The position numbers and the translations under genes were made by a program. The notes under the pieces are model-generated. The model saw only the letters and a program-made list of their open reading frames with translations, was not told the DNA's origin and ran no database searches. DNA of 55,969 nucleotides, filler included, from Dugesia japonica (lineage: Eukaryota), in the NCBI GenBank assembly GCA_001938525.1. It is 5 parts of 5 records of this genome, joined end to end, with 100 filler letters (N's around TTAATTAATTAA, not from the genome) between each part and the next. Parts side by side here need not be neighbours in the genome. Positions count along the whole stretch, not along the records: positions 12,218 to 26,824 come from MQRL01628380.1; positions 26,925 to 36,933 come from MQRL01619365.1; 3 more parts are not named here. One strand, given 5' to 3'. The stretch's first letter is position 1. Each line of letters opens with the position of its first letter. Below, in pieces: positions 12,663 to 27,070 of this stretch.

Positions 12663-13517
12663 GGTTTAAAACTCTCTGAACATTGTTATTTACTCAGATC
12701 AACGTTTCCATCATCGGGAATGTCACGTATGGGATTTATCAGTTGTTTCATATTAATAAACTGGACTCTTTATCAATTTTGTTTGGACATGTGACCACTT
12801 TAACTCGAATTTATTCGTCAAAGTACTGAGCTGAAATGCTACGAGAAGAAATTCTCAGAGCTATGATAAATTTAGTAGACAAAATCGTCCTCTAAGAATT
12901 AACGAGTACCCGGGTTTCTTCATCCCTATCTCTTGATGAAAGTATATCTGTATGGCCATATATAAAAAAATCAAATATTTTTATGATTTAGGAACACAAG
13001 TACCTCAATTGTGAATAACAAATATTAGCGTTCGTGATGAATAATTATGTAATTTCGAATACATTTAAGGCTTTTCATTTAATACTTTTACTTTGGTTTA
13101 ACCAATTTTGTTATTAATTTGTGGTTTCACTTCTATCGATAACAAGCCTACCCAGTGGTTAGTTATACAAATATATTTTATTTTGATCGAAGCTTTTTCT
13201 TTATTTTAATCAAATTTCAAATGCGATCAATGGTTAAGTCCAAAAATTATTCTCACAATAATTGTAATTACTAAGCAATTTTATTTAGTATCTTTATCCA
13301 TAATTTCTTCTCTTCATCTTTATTATAAGCATAAATAACAGGAAATGCTAAAGTACATTGAAATAATAATGAAACAGTAAAATAATTTCTTTGTATACAT
13401 TTAAATATCACATAATATTCTAAATCAATAATTTATGCAATATAGATTATTTATCTAAAATACAGCAATGATTAATCGATTGTCCTCGATGATTTATTCA
13501 GATCTGAAATGATAAGC

Positions 13518-13844
13518 CTATTCAATTTCTAGCCTTTGTCTGATATCTGCTGGAAATCTCTTTTTTGATTTTTTCTTTTGCCCAGCCATTAATTCTTTAT
13601 ATATATTGGAACGCAAATATCGATAATATGAATCACTGGTCATCAATTTAAATATATGCTCTTCAGCTTCTTCGAAACAAAATCTATCTGGATTTGAAGC
13701 ACTTATATTTGCTACTCTATTTGCTACACTCTCCGCTACTTTACTATCGACATTGAGAGGTTCAGCTGCACTAGGAGAAAGAAACTGATTGTATATTGTC
13801 TCGATTCGTCGATTGAGATCACGCAAAGGAGCTCCTTTTAGTTC
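13518..13844 (-). CDS. Terminal exon of a regulator of G-protein signalling, R7 (RGS6/7/9/11, EGL-10/EAT-16)-like
   Basis: Acceptor tttcag at 13845, then ELKGAPL...IYNQFLSPSAAEPLNVDSK...FEEAEEHIFKLMTSDSYYRYLRSNIYKEL = C-terminal half of the RGS box. Confidence 0.9.
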   Translation of the reverse strand, partial: ELKGAPLRDLNRRIETIYNQFLSPSAAEPLNVDSKVAESVANRVANISASNPDRFCFEEAEEHIFKLMTSDSYYRYLRSNIYKELMAGQKKKSKKRFPADIRQRLEIE

Positions 13845-16329
13845 CTGAAATATTACAATTACCAAAATAGTCAGATTAATGAATTAGAATATAAAATGAA
13901 AATTATTCAAAGCTGTAAAAATGTGTCTTCATTACTCAAAATAAAATGATTAAATGAGAGAGATTATAAAGAAATAATGTAAATGAAGTCCAGTTAAAAT
14001 ATTATTTATTATTTTGTGCAATAATTTTATGATTTCTTATTAAGTTGAATTAGAACCTAACTGAAAATTTATTTTCATGAGTAATGTGAAAATTGAAATA
14101 CGTCCTATACATGATATTTTACTCAGTAATAGTATTGTAAAAACTTCTGGGTGTATATTATTTTTTCTAACCTTTTTCTATAATATAATCACTTATTAAA
14201 CTTTAAGTAAGATTTTTATGCGTATAAATCTATTTTACTTATATTATAGGCAGCCAATCAGAATAGAACAGATTATTATAAGGTTAGTATTTTAATGCAA
14301 TTTTTCACTTATTAAACTTTTAACAGTATATTAAATATCAGATTTAATATAACTATTAAATCCAAACATCAATTGTAAAACAATAAAATGGTTTGCTCCA
14401 AAATCTGCATTGATTAATCTGTTTTCTACTATGACACAAACATATAAATCTGTGAAGATTACAACAATTCTTATATCAAATACGATGAATCGGAAAATTC
14501 ATGCTTAACACTTTAGAAAACCTAAAATGATCAAAATAGAGAAATATAAAGAACATAAAATTCAGATTACGAAACAAATAAGCGATTTATACTACTATTT
14601 TTCGAAAATCGAATAAATAAATGGATTAAAAATTCTGGGAGTAGATGCATTTTTACCATGATCATTTGTTCGAAAACTCGCAATATTATATTTTTAGCAA
14701 CTTAATAATTTATTATTTTTCTTTTCAGCAATCAATCACTAAAGGTGTTTATCAGAAAAAGTTATTGTAATAAGCGTTTCTCTCTACAAATAATGATAAT
14801 GTGCAACCAAGATAAATCCATGAAATGCTATAAATTTGTCTGTTTCTTGTGAATAAATTACTGATAATTCAACTGAATGGCATTTTATATAATAGGTTGG
14901 CGTGTGTTGTTGATTCAAGTATTTTAATGTTTACATTTATTTTTATAATTATCATTGTAGATGTCAAATTTGAATTCACATTTTTCATTTACAATACTCA
15001 TTTGAAAAATAATTAATATAACTTGAATAAAATAAGACAGATGAAGATCGATAAGATTTATGGTTACTATATAAATTTATAACAGATAACTTTACTAAAT
15101 ATTAATTAAATCAAATTCGATCCGAGCAACAAATTGAAAGTCATTATTTAAGTTGATATATGCAATAGCACTTAATTTGACAATTCAACAGTTTGACATA
15201 TTTTTCAATTGAGAAAATCATGAAAACTTAACAATTTACTGAAAAAATCGAACAAACTATTTCATCCAGCTTACCCAGCAGACACTCTTAAATTAACTTA
15301 CACAGCAGCTTTCTGCAAATCAAAATCTTCAAACAAGAATTTAAAACTCATTACAGCTTTTAATAATTCAACGGTATAGATCCGCATAATACTATAATAC
15401 TGGCAAAGATTGTATAATTCGTAATGGTTCTTATTTTGATTAATAAACTTCATTCTAAGCTCAGTTATACTACCTTACACGGGATAGTTGAAAGTAATAA
15501 TTACTTTGTATCAAATTTATTTTAAAATTATACCTTTTTTATCTCTTATTTTTAGAGGATACATAAAATAAATGGTTGCTAATAGACTTTTTGAAATAAT
15601 CTAACCTATTTTATGTCTATGTGAGTTGGTAGGTCCATAGTTATATTACCTAAAAATTACCTCTTTGGAAATTGCGCATGGAATATAAAAATTTTAAAAT
15701 CAATTACCCATAGAAAGAATGTTCTGGAAACTATCTTTCAACGCATAAGTAAAATAAATAACACAAAGAAATGGTTAAAACCGAAACGAAAGCAATTATT
15801 ATACCACATAAATTTTGAGAACAATTTGAAAAGTAAGTAGATCTATTTGATGTATATTTTATTTATTCAGTTATTAGATTCTAATGTAATTTAAGAAATT
15901 TGTATTCTAAAACCATTGTAAAGAACTAAATGGTTATTAAAATGAGTAGTTTTTTTTATATATTCTCTTAGGAATTCAACTAATAAAACAATTTTTAAAT
16001 TCCATGAAATACGGAAAGTTAATTCCGTCAAGATTTTTGGATCTTATTCGTGTACAAATATATCCTAAATATGAATACACCAATAAAAAATTTTCAACTT
16101 GACTTACCTCATTATTTTTAATACAAACGATTTTGTTGGGATGAAATACCCTCGATTAAGAAGTAAAGAGTCCTGGAATCTACCGTAAATAACAAATTAG
16201 AAAATAACAGCAGGATTTTATTGATAAAAAATTAAGATAAAAATGAATAAATAAATTCAAATTAGGTAAAAAATATAAAATAAAAAGACAATAAATTCAG
16301 TTAATTATAAATAAAATAATTAAAGTTAA

Positions 16330-16535
16330 CCATTATCCGGTTAAGATGTATCTGTTGGACACATTCTTTTACATGCAAATGTTTAATAAGAGTTAATTAA
16401 TTAATTTATTATTTTCTTTACCCTTATCTATTCACGCACACAGTCACGCGCACTTTCTAAAACAAAGTTCTATAGTGTGTCTGTTGGACACAAGCTAATC
16501 ATTTATGTAACTAAAAGAATCAGGCTGGATAAAGG
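16330..16535. mobile_element. 206-bp piggyBac-type MITE
   Basis: TTAA at 16326-16329 and 16536-16539; imperfect TIRs CCATTATCCGG / CTGGATAAAGG; two internal copies of tctgttggacaca. Confidence 0.8.
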
Positions 16536-17841
16536 TTAATAGATAATAATAAATAGATTCATAAATAAATAGATAATAATAATAACTGGAAAAATAATAA
16601 AATAATTGAGTAATAAAATAATTATATGCTAATTAAAATGAATTAATATAAAATTAATGCAAAAAAGAATAAGAAGTCGGAAAATTAAAATACTGGAGAA
16701 ATAAGCGTGGTTAATATTCGATGTAAACAGCATAAAAAATCTTGGTCAAAAAGGTTAAAAATTAAAATGGAGAACAAAGGAAGATTTTCCACACTCAAAT
16801 GTTACTCTATTGATTAATCGCTGATTAACATAATACGGTGTAGCCTTCTCTGTAGAAAAAGCCGATTCAAACGGCCTCTACGTCGAAATAGAGGCAATCC
16901 GGAACAGTTAGCAATTACAGATGAGACTATTACATCACAGGTAAGAGTTTCTAATGATTACCTCCCAGACTTGATAATTGATTCAGAGGTGACACCTAAT
17001 TTAGTACCTTTGCCAGACCTTAAACTTTGGTACCATTCAGATTATGTATCCCTATTTCTACCTAGAAGATGAACCGATACCAAACCATTAGTGGTGCAAC
17101 ATTGTAGTATTAATTAATTTTAGCATTTAGACTGGACTAGTTCTTAATTTACTGACTATAACGAAATGTACAGCAGAAAGAATCATGAATCCGAACCAAA
17201 GGGATGCATTTACGCACTCAAACTTTGGGTTGCTAGTCACCGGATAATTTCTGAATATTTATCACAAGGAAACTAGACTAATTTCCTCGAGTTCCACGGG
17301 ACTACCAAGCCCTAGCCATTATAATGAGAAATTCGGTCCAGGTGGAACCCAAACCATTTTATTGAATAAATAATGTTTGCAATAAAAATTTATAGTAATT
17401 AATAATTTTTAATTATATTGATTATTATATAACATCTAAATTGTAACCGTAAATCAACTAAATTCAATTGATTATTGAAGACGAAAACTAAATAACATTT
17501 CAATCTAATTTATTAAAATTATGAAATATAGTTGCCATACAGAACGAAATTGACAACATGCAAGTAGCCATCGCAAAGCAATTATACAAATTGAATTCAA
17601 AGGCTCTACAGAAAGTGATAGGATCAAGTGATGTTGTGTTTGAACAAAGCAAATATGAATTGTTTCAACAAACCGTAACATTTGAAAAAAATATGACATG
17701 CAACAGATTAACATAAATTAAATAGACTCTACAATCTTAGAAGTAATTAACTTGCAGACCAATTAATTTTAGAATTATCTTATATCTGACGCTATTTAAA
17801 AACAATACCGTTTTATCATAATTTTATCTTTCGTCTTTAAG

Positions 17842-20703
17842 TAGTGGCGCGTTTACGCATAAGCGCACGCCTAGGGCTCCCAATCGAAAGAAAAAACTTT
17901 AAATAAAAAAAACCTTTGCGAATTTGGATTTTAATAATTTCTTGTAAATATAACTTTTTTTCAATTACACAGTTTAGCATTCATATAAACGTCTGCTACA
18001 GTTTACGTCACTAATATAATATAAATGTAATAAATATAATTGAAATTCCTACAACAAATATTAATTAAAATCTGCTGCAATATCTGCTGCAAAATGAAAG
18101 AAGCGTGAGCACACGATAAATGAGCTAAGGAAACAAAAAACTTGCTTGACGAATTTGTAAATTGTAGACATGTTGATGACAGAAATTTAGTTAGTGTTAC
18201 GGCTAATACGGATTATAATACGGATGAAAAAGACAAAAATTGCCATTCGATATCTTCCACAAATGTGAATGTAATAGTCGTTAATCATATTCCACAAACA
18301 GGAACACCATCTCAGCCACTAGGTATGACATTACCATTTCTAATGAAAGGAAATTATTAAATTACAGATACGAATGCAACCAAAAGTTATTTTCATTTTG
18401 ACCTAAACGAACAGACACAAGGTTCAAACAATAACAACGGGGAGCCTCTTTATTGTTCAGAAGATCACGAAATTCACAATAATGCATTCCTCGAAAATGA
18501 AATAATATATCCTAAAGATGTTGGTCAGTGGCCTGATAATATAACTGAAAAGTTGGGGTAATCATTTTATNCACAAAAACCAAAAGATGTAAATATTGAA
18601 ATGAGCAAAAGCATAGATAGCATTGAGGTCAAATATCGAGATAGAAGATACAATCAACATTTTTTTGATAAAAATTCATAATTACAAAAATCAAACGGAA
18701 CCCGAGAAAAACGTGAATAATTAAGTCATAATGAAACAACCGGCTAAATTTATTGCTACATTTCTAAGTTGTTTTCTACTAAGAAAACACAACTCACGAA
18801 TGGTTATTTCGATTGGAAAATAGTATCAGCAGTACTAACCGCACATTAAAATTCAAAAGACCACTGGCACTCGATGATAACGTATTGCAAACGCTTTGTA
18901 CAAGAAGGGCACATTGATACAGAAATGGTACAACTTTAAAAAACAACAGCAATATTGGAGGGATGTTCTGAAAAAGGTAGTTACGACCGTGAAATTGCTT
19001 TCTGCCCAAGGACTGGCATTTAGAGAGCAGAGAGAATCCAGAGATACTGCAAACAAAGGAAACTATTTGACTTTTCTGAATTATCTTGCTAAATTTGATC
19101 CATTCCTGGATAACCTTATCAAGAATTTCGCGAATTGTAGACAAGGATTTGTGAATTACTTATTCAATACAGTTTGCGATGAATTTATAACTATAAGGGG
19201 GGACAATTTAAAAGCTTAATTTATTCAAGAAGTACAAATGAAGACATATTTTGCATTGATTATTGATTCAACAACCGATACAAGTCATATAGTTCAGCTC
19301 ACTGCTGTCCTTAGGTATGTTCTACCGGACGGACAAATAAAAGAAGGATTCTTTTCTTTCATTGATACCCATGGTAATGATGCTACATATTTATTCCAAC
19401 CCATCATTGGGGCATTGATATTACAAAATGCAGAAGCCAAATCTATGAAAACGAAAGCAATATGTCAGGAACATACACTGGATTGCAAGCTAGCATTAAA
19501 GCTGAAAGACCAAATGCAGAATACAAACCTTGTTCTAATCAGTCACTCAATTTAGTAAGTAATGCTGCTGTTCAGTCTTGTGCCGCTGCAGTGACATTTT
19601 TTGACTTTGTTCAACATATGTATGTATGGTTTTCTTTGTCAACCCATAGGTGTGTCTGATATTGTTGTGCTTGTAGGATGATCAATGATGTTTGTCTTCA
19701 CTTGATATTGTTGAAAAACATCTTATGAAACATTCACTGTCTGTGAAAAACGATTCTGATATCAGGTAGTCTGTGAGAGCAGATTATGTTCTAGCTTTAA
19801 AGAAAAGATACAAGGAAATAAAAGTAGCTTTGTCTGATGCAAGTGTTGATGCAAGGCAAAAACTAGTTGCCAAAGCAGAGAGTAAAGCGCTAGTAAGAAA
19901 ATGAAGTGGTACAGATAGCTCTAATGACAGTATTATGGAATTCGTTGCTGTAAAAAATAAATACAATCATTAAATTTCTGCCGGATCAAAGACTGTCGAA
20001 GAAAGTTGAATTGTTTAATTCGTTAAAAATTGTTTTTCAAATCGTCAGAGAAAAGTTTCCACGAATAGAAATGGAGGCAAGACATATACTTGGTATTGAA
20101 AAGAATGACACTGAATATTAAGATAAATGGCCGAGAAAACGTACTTTGTTTTTTGACAAAACTGCTGAGAATGACGTTATGCTGAAAAGACGGGAAAAAT
20201 TCATTGTTGGCATCTTGAACGTTGTTTGTGACAAGTTAGTTGTGGAGCTCGGAAACCACTTGAAAGTTTATGAATGTATACAAAGCCGGTTTGGAGTATT
20301 TTTTGCAGATGAACAACTTAACAATGGGAGTGATAGAAACATGATACAAACTTTGATATATACATACAAGGATGACATTGACTGTGACATATTTGAGGAT
20401 AACATTGATCAATTTATGATCCTTGCAAAAAATGTAAACATCACCAATTCCAAAGATATGTATCACCTTGTGGGACGTGGAAACAATTTTGCGTATTTAC
20501 CTTATGATACAAATAAGTAATGTTTCAGGAGAACGATCGTTTTATTTACTTAAAAGTGTGAAAAACTATATCAGAAACTCCATTGATTAAGATCGGCTAG
20601 GTAATTTAGCATTGTTGTGCATCGAATCTACTGAAACAAAAAAAGCAAACTTTGACCAACAAATTGATGATTTTGCTAGGCTCAAATGCAAACAAAATTA
20701 ATA
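17842..20703 (+). mobile_element. Near full-length decayed hAT transposon (Tip100/ZMYM1-like transposase)
   Basis: Collinear motifs LSAQGLAFR, NKGNYL, YFALIIDSTTDTSH, MSGTYTGLQ, PCSNQSLNLV, SGERSF-like and DRLGNLALL across frameshifts. GC-rich left end tagtggcgcg at ~17842; right TIR not confidently placed. Confidence 0.9.
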
Positions 20704-23700
20704 AATAAAATTTGTTGGGATTTCTAATTCGTATGTTTTGCAACTTTAATTCTATAATCTATATTCTCTTCTATTTCTATAACGCTATTTGTGACTACTA
20801 TACTAGTTAGTAAAAAATTAATAGCGATTCAATTTCAAATTTTTTGAAATGAAATTTTATATAATAATACAATATTTACATCGGAATTACTCCGATTAAT
20901 TTATTTATTGATCAGATTAATACGGTGGTTTTTATTTGACTATGTGTATTCAATAAAATTATCTAGTATGTTTTGTATTTATTCGACTTATTATTACCAT
21001 GGGTGATTATGATTTCAGTTATTCCACACAAACTTATTCATCCCCATATGTGAGTTTTTTAACCTAACATATTACGCGAAGTAAAACTTTCCGTTATCAT
21101 ATGAGAATTATACTATTAACCATATAATCAAATATAACAAAATTTTCTATAAATTGTATCAATAATTTCATTAATTAAAATAAAAAATTATGCAAAAAAT
21201 CAAAGTGCATTACTTGAATTAATTGATTATTTTAAAACGTATTTCAGAAAATGTTTTATTTTAATATTGAGAAAACTTGATTTAAATTAAGTCCGATTTT
21301 AAGCTAAATTTTTTGAGTTTCTATAGTTAATTTTCTGTACGCCCCACTCTTTTAAAAGATCAGCCCTCATCATCTAATATTTTCTGCACTACTATTAGTT
21401 TAAACAACACGTGTTTTTCATTGATTCATGGTTCTATGTTATACACGTTATAATGATCGTTTTTATTGGTTGATTAATGTTGTGATTTTTTACGTTTTTT
21501 CACGCAGAACATCATCTTTGTATGAAATTCTTAATTTTTTATGGAATTTTTAATTAGTCGACCGCTTTGATTCATCCAAAATAAACCATGGAAAGCAGTC
21601 ACTTTTACATGAATAAAAATCAAGAACTATATAGTGAAGCTTAAAAACCCAAATTAAATTCCTTAAAAGATTTTAATAGTACCCGTATTAATAAGGTTTC
21701 AAGACCAACAGTATTTTCTAAGGAAAATTTTAATGAAATTCTACTGTTTTTCCCCTTACAGATGAATCCATAAATGGCTGACTCTTAACAATAATATTAC
21801 CTAACCAATTTTACATGAATAAAAATAAAAGAATGTGGCCGAAAGACTTTTGAAACAAATTAAATTGAGTATTCCAATCATCTTAAATTATTTGAATAAT
21901 AAATAATAACTTTTCAAAAATTAATCTTGTCAAACTTTTGACGTTTTATTTTTAATAATTTCATTGTGACTGCACAAAGATTTTTACAAATATTGCATGT
22001 AAATTTCAAATTTATCAGATGAGAAATATTTTCATTACATTAAAAATTTATTAATTAAAATTATAAAACTTTTATTAATTATATATAATTATTTGAAAAT
22101 TTTATTCAAAGTAAAAAATTAAAAATAAAGGTTTAAATTTCTAATTAAAAAATAGAAAATTTAAAATTAATCACTTAAAAAATAATAATAATTAGTGATA
22201 ATTAAAATATTGAATAATTTAATATAAATACACACAGACCTCAATTGGTATCTTTTCGGTTTGTGCATTTGGAAAAAGTAATACCATTTTTCTAAATGTG
22301 TCTTTGATTCAATTGCAGACACTTTAGAAAGATTCTATCAAAAATTAAATGTTGCTAAGAAATAAAAGAACAAAAATAAATTAAATTAAATCATGAAATT
22401 TAGACTTAAGAAAAGAATGCAAGATTTTCGTAATTGATATTTTTCATCAGAAAAATATGTATGCAAATAATTTTCATCAGAATAAGTAAATAATTATTGG
22501 CAAGCAATTTGAGAAATTTTTTTGTATTCCGGTTAATTTTATACAGTGCGGACTTTAATCTCGGTGGCTCTCTTGAGCAAAACTTTTTAGGCGCCCTGAT
22601 ATTAAATCCAAAAAAAATAGTAATATAGAATTAAATACATATGGGTCGTGAATAACTTTGACATTTTTATGGCTTTCATTTCACAATATTTTTGCTTTCA
22701 TATTTAATTCACCGAAAAGCAGTTCGTTTTTAAAAAGTGTGAAAATTAGTGCGGAATTATTGACAAAGAAAGAGCGCGCTTATACTTGAAATATTTCGCA
22801 AAATTCTTCGTGATACTCTCTAAAATAAGTTTAAGCTACAAAGTTATTTTTATTTGATATTTTTAAATATATGATAATATTTAAACTAAATATTTTAAGA
22901 AAGTTAGACCGCCTTCAACACCACTAGATTAATGGGCACCCTGGGACGCTGCACACACCTTACTACCTCCTAAAACCAAAACTGATTTAATTCATATCCT
23001 TTGTATTAATCTAGTTATAACTATAAAATAAAATTTCTGCTTTTCCTGTATAGAATCGGATTAGTTCGCAATTAATTCAAATTTACTTTGAAATTTAATT
23101 TAGTTAATTTACCTTCTAAATTAAAAATGAATTCCAGAAGCAATACGTTAGTTAGTACTAATCTATTTGATTTAGTTTTCAGTAATTACACTGATTTGGT
23201 CATTTTAATTGACTCGGATTTAATTTTGATCAATTAATTTAATCTAAAATTAACTGTTTACGCTCTTTTAGGAAAGGACACTTTACGGTTCCATCATTAA
23301 GTTATGGCATCAATATTTTCGGATGCAAAATATTCAAAACAACCATTACAATAGATCGAAAATTAACCATTTCCAAATCATCAAAGCAAGTTAAATAAAT
23401 CAAAGGCTGCATTAGAATAAACCGAAGATTTTTAAACTTTTTCCGACTACCAACTCCTTTTTCAATGAAATATTAACTGTTTTAAGAAATTTATTTATTA
23501 GCAAAGGAGAAAAACCTTTTTGTAGTATCTGGATTTCCACCTGATTCAAATTAATGGGACAGGAGATTTTGTTGTAAATAAGAAACCTTAGAGTATGTAA
23601 TTATAATGTCGATATTGGAATACAACATTAACAGAGTTAAAATTGCGTAGAAAAGATATTTTAAATAATTATTTTCTTTATACAAGGTAATGGACGTGAA

Positions 23701-23769
23701 TTACACTCTGCAAATCCCTAATCCATAACTTTTTCACCGTTTTTTTTCACTGCTTTAATTGATTTTTTT

Positions 23770-24404
23770 GGCATGTAAAGATGAATCAAAGTCTAATCAT
23801 CAGTTATAAAACGACGGAAAAATTCATTTGCCAGACAGCGCACACGCTTATATTTTTGGTCAATTGTAAGCAAGCGCAGTACTAATCTAGCCAACAATTC
23901 TTTCATTCCAAAATTTTTATTCAGAATTGTAAATACCGATCCTATTAAAATACCCATGTCCTTGCCTAGCTTGCACACTTTTATTCGGTGGTCATCTAAG
24001 ATCATATCATTGATCTTTTAAATAATTTCAGGTGTTATCCCTTCGCCATTCAGAACGTTCAAAATTATCTGCGGTTGTAAAGCTACAATGAAATGCTGCA
24101 AACCACTTATGAATCAATCTGATTGATAGTGAAGAGTCTTCATAATATTTAACAAACTTTGATTTTGTTTCAGTAATCGTTTTACTTATTAAGAAATCAT
24201 TTTTAAAATGCACTCGAAATTCATGTTTTTTCCATTTTGACAAAGATTTTTTGATATTGATTTATTTAAACTATGAATTAATTATAAAAAATTATAGATT
24301 TCTCTCATTATTTATTGATATTAAATTATTTATTTCTTTTATAGATTTCTACTCTTCGATAAAATTTGTTTTATTTTTCAGGGACTTATTGAACTGCTTT
24401 CGTA
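23770..24404 (-). mobile_element. Mariner (Himar1/irritans-like) 5' fragment with TIR
   Basis: HEFRVHFK...IHKWFAAF and MILDDHRIKV...RLLTIDQK...FFRRFITDD; TIR-like tacgaaagcagttcaataagtccc at 24404-24381. Confidence 0.85.
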
Positions 24405-26824
24405 ATATTGTTTATAATTAGTAAACGAGCTGACAAGATGATTTTTCCGATGATTTCCTATGTAGACTACGATTATCAGTAAAATGTATAAAATTGATGT
24501 CCACTGAACTTATTGTTTGTGCTTATCCACAAACTGGCAATGGAAAAATTTTAATACCAATACCAATAATAATTTCCTTAAATTTTCTCGAAATTGTCTT
24601 TGCTTAATTTATAGTTAATAATAAATGTTCGTATTTTCAGTGCCTTTTTGTTGCTATATAAGCCAATCCAATTTATTAACATAAAAGTTATTGAAATTTT
24701 GATCCACCCTTTCAAAATTATAGATCCCGATGTTCACTTGGGTAAATAAAAATGAACTGGCAAAATGACCGATAAAAAATTTCAATTATAGATTTTTCAT
24801 AGATAAAATATCAGCAACTTTGCATTTTTGATTTAATCTTAATATCATAAATAATAGTATTTTTCAATTTTAATTTACAATTTGAAACATTGTTAAGTCG
24901 ATGTAACAACTTCACGAAGCAATGAAAACATGAAAATTTTATTTAGTTAATTTTTTTGAATTATTTGAATAAACGGTTATTTTTACTTTACTCGTTTAAT
25001 GTGATTTTTAATTAAGTATTAAGTTTTATAATTACAATTATTGTGAGAATAATTGTTGGACTTAATCATTGATCGCATTTGAGATTTCATTTAAAGAAAA
25101 AACTTCGATCAAAATAAAAGGTATTTGTAAAAAGTTTAAATTTTCGACAAGACGATTATCTTAATTAAAGCTTTAAGAATCACAGAAAACGTATTTTTCT
25201 ACGTCAACTTGTATATTATTTTTCCCTTTTAATCCGAAATGATACCATTTCATTAACTACTCTAGTCAAGCAATATGAAATTGTTACATAGTGAGATATG
25301 CGCTCAGATGATATATTTTTTATATATTATGCATTTGATTTAAATGTATATTATGTCGTTTTTTATATAAGAGTTAAAATTTTAAATTTTGGACTTTGTG
25401 AAACAAGTAATTTTGATAGTGAATTTTTTAATTAGAGCTGTAACTTTAATTAAATTTTCCATTAAATTAAATTATAATTTTAAGTCTTTCATTGAATTAT
25501 ATTTTTTACATATTGTTTGTGTAACGAATCCATTCTATTCAAACGACAGAAGAAGAATTGTTTATTTTGTATAATAAATTCTGATTATTTTGATTTGAAA
25601 ATAAAAGTTTATAATGCATATAAACAAAAGAATTAATACATTAGAAATTGCTGGGCTGGAATGGCCTCGACAAGAATAAATGATATAATAAAAAGTCAAT
25701 AATGCGAACAAGTGTAGAAATAAATATTAAAATAAATTAAATGAAAGAGAATAAATTAATATAAATACAGGGATGGAATTAAATAAAGAAATAATAATCA
25801 TGTAATTGAAACTAACTAAATGATTTGGAAACAGAACAAACGACTAATAAAGAATGATGGACAGCAAAAAACGTAAAAAAATAAATTGAAGCAGTTAAAA
25901 ATAATAAATCAATTAAATGGTGAAAAAGAAAACGAAATGAAGACATGACAATTAAATATTTTTATTTATATAGTGTATAAGTGATATAGAAGTATTTTAT
26001 ATTTTTAAAATTTTAAAATAATAATAATAATGGAAGAAATAAAATACATTACGATATTATATGTAAAAGTAATTAGAATTATATATAAATATAAATTAAG
26101 ATAAAAGATATTTATTGTAGAATGTATAATTATTAAAATAAAATTTGATCACTGAATTAAAACAAAAATAAATCTGAGTATTATTATTATTAATATTGTT
26201 ATTATTAATGTAGATGTAATAGAGATTAATTATCATTAGAATTATGTAATGTTAATATGGTATTGATATTATTAGGAATATTAATATTTATATTTATAAT
26301 GATAATATTTATGATTTATGATTATATTTGTTAACATTAGTTATTTATATCTATTATTATTATAATTGTCACATCTAGGTGACCTTTGAAATTACGAATT
26401 TATCATTCGTTTCGTGCGGCCTTATAAAATAATTACAATTTCGAAAGTTACAGCTGATTGAATTCAAATTTATGAGTCAGGACCAACCTACAATGTAGAA
26501 ACTGCAGAGTATACCAAGGGTATGGAATTCAATACAAATGCACATCATACAAGCAACACCCAGTCTATAAAAAAATTAAGTGAGCCAAAGCATCGATTAA
26601 CAATGATGTAGTACCATACATAAAAAGGCGGTATTGATATGCTTTGATTACACATCTGACTGAATTCATTCGAAATCAGCATATAAGAAGACATGTCATA
26701 GTAGATTGAAATTTAAATGTGGTGGGTCCATGAAAAACACAATTCGAGCAGTTTCTAAAGATATGGAGCACTGAACAATAAGAATTAACATTGTTACAGA
26801 GCGAGTTTGTTGAAAAATAAAAGC

Positions 26825-26924
26825 NNNNNNNNNNNNNNNNNNNNNNNNNNNNNNNNNNNNNNNNNNNNTTAATTAATTAANNNNNNNNNNNNNNNNNNNN
26901 NNNNNNNNNNNNNNNNNNNNNNNN
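26825..26924. other. Artificial contig spacer
   Basis: 44N-TTAATTAATTAA-44N. Confidence 0.97.
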
Positions 26925-27070
26925 CACATTTGAATTTTAATTAATTATAAATTTTCTTTGAAATTAAATGAAATTAATAAATCGATTTTAAATTTTTTAA
27001 TATAATTAATTTATAAATTTACAATTTTATTATAAAAAAAATATATAAAATTGGACTGATACGAAAAATA

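Noticed and set aside
18794-20466. Minus-strand ORFs over the hAT element (and similar antisense ORFs over Gypsy and mariner, e.g. 34569, 39831, 55178)
   Set aside because: Antisense shadows of transposon coding sequence
22544-22984. Possible hAT-type MITE (cagtg...actg)
   Set aside because: Weak TIR match and no clear 8-bp TSD
26500-26700. Possible Merlin/ISXO2-like transposase remnant
   Set aside because: Only a vague HTxNTQSI and HLTEF resemblance; too decayed to support
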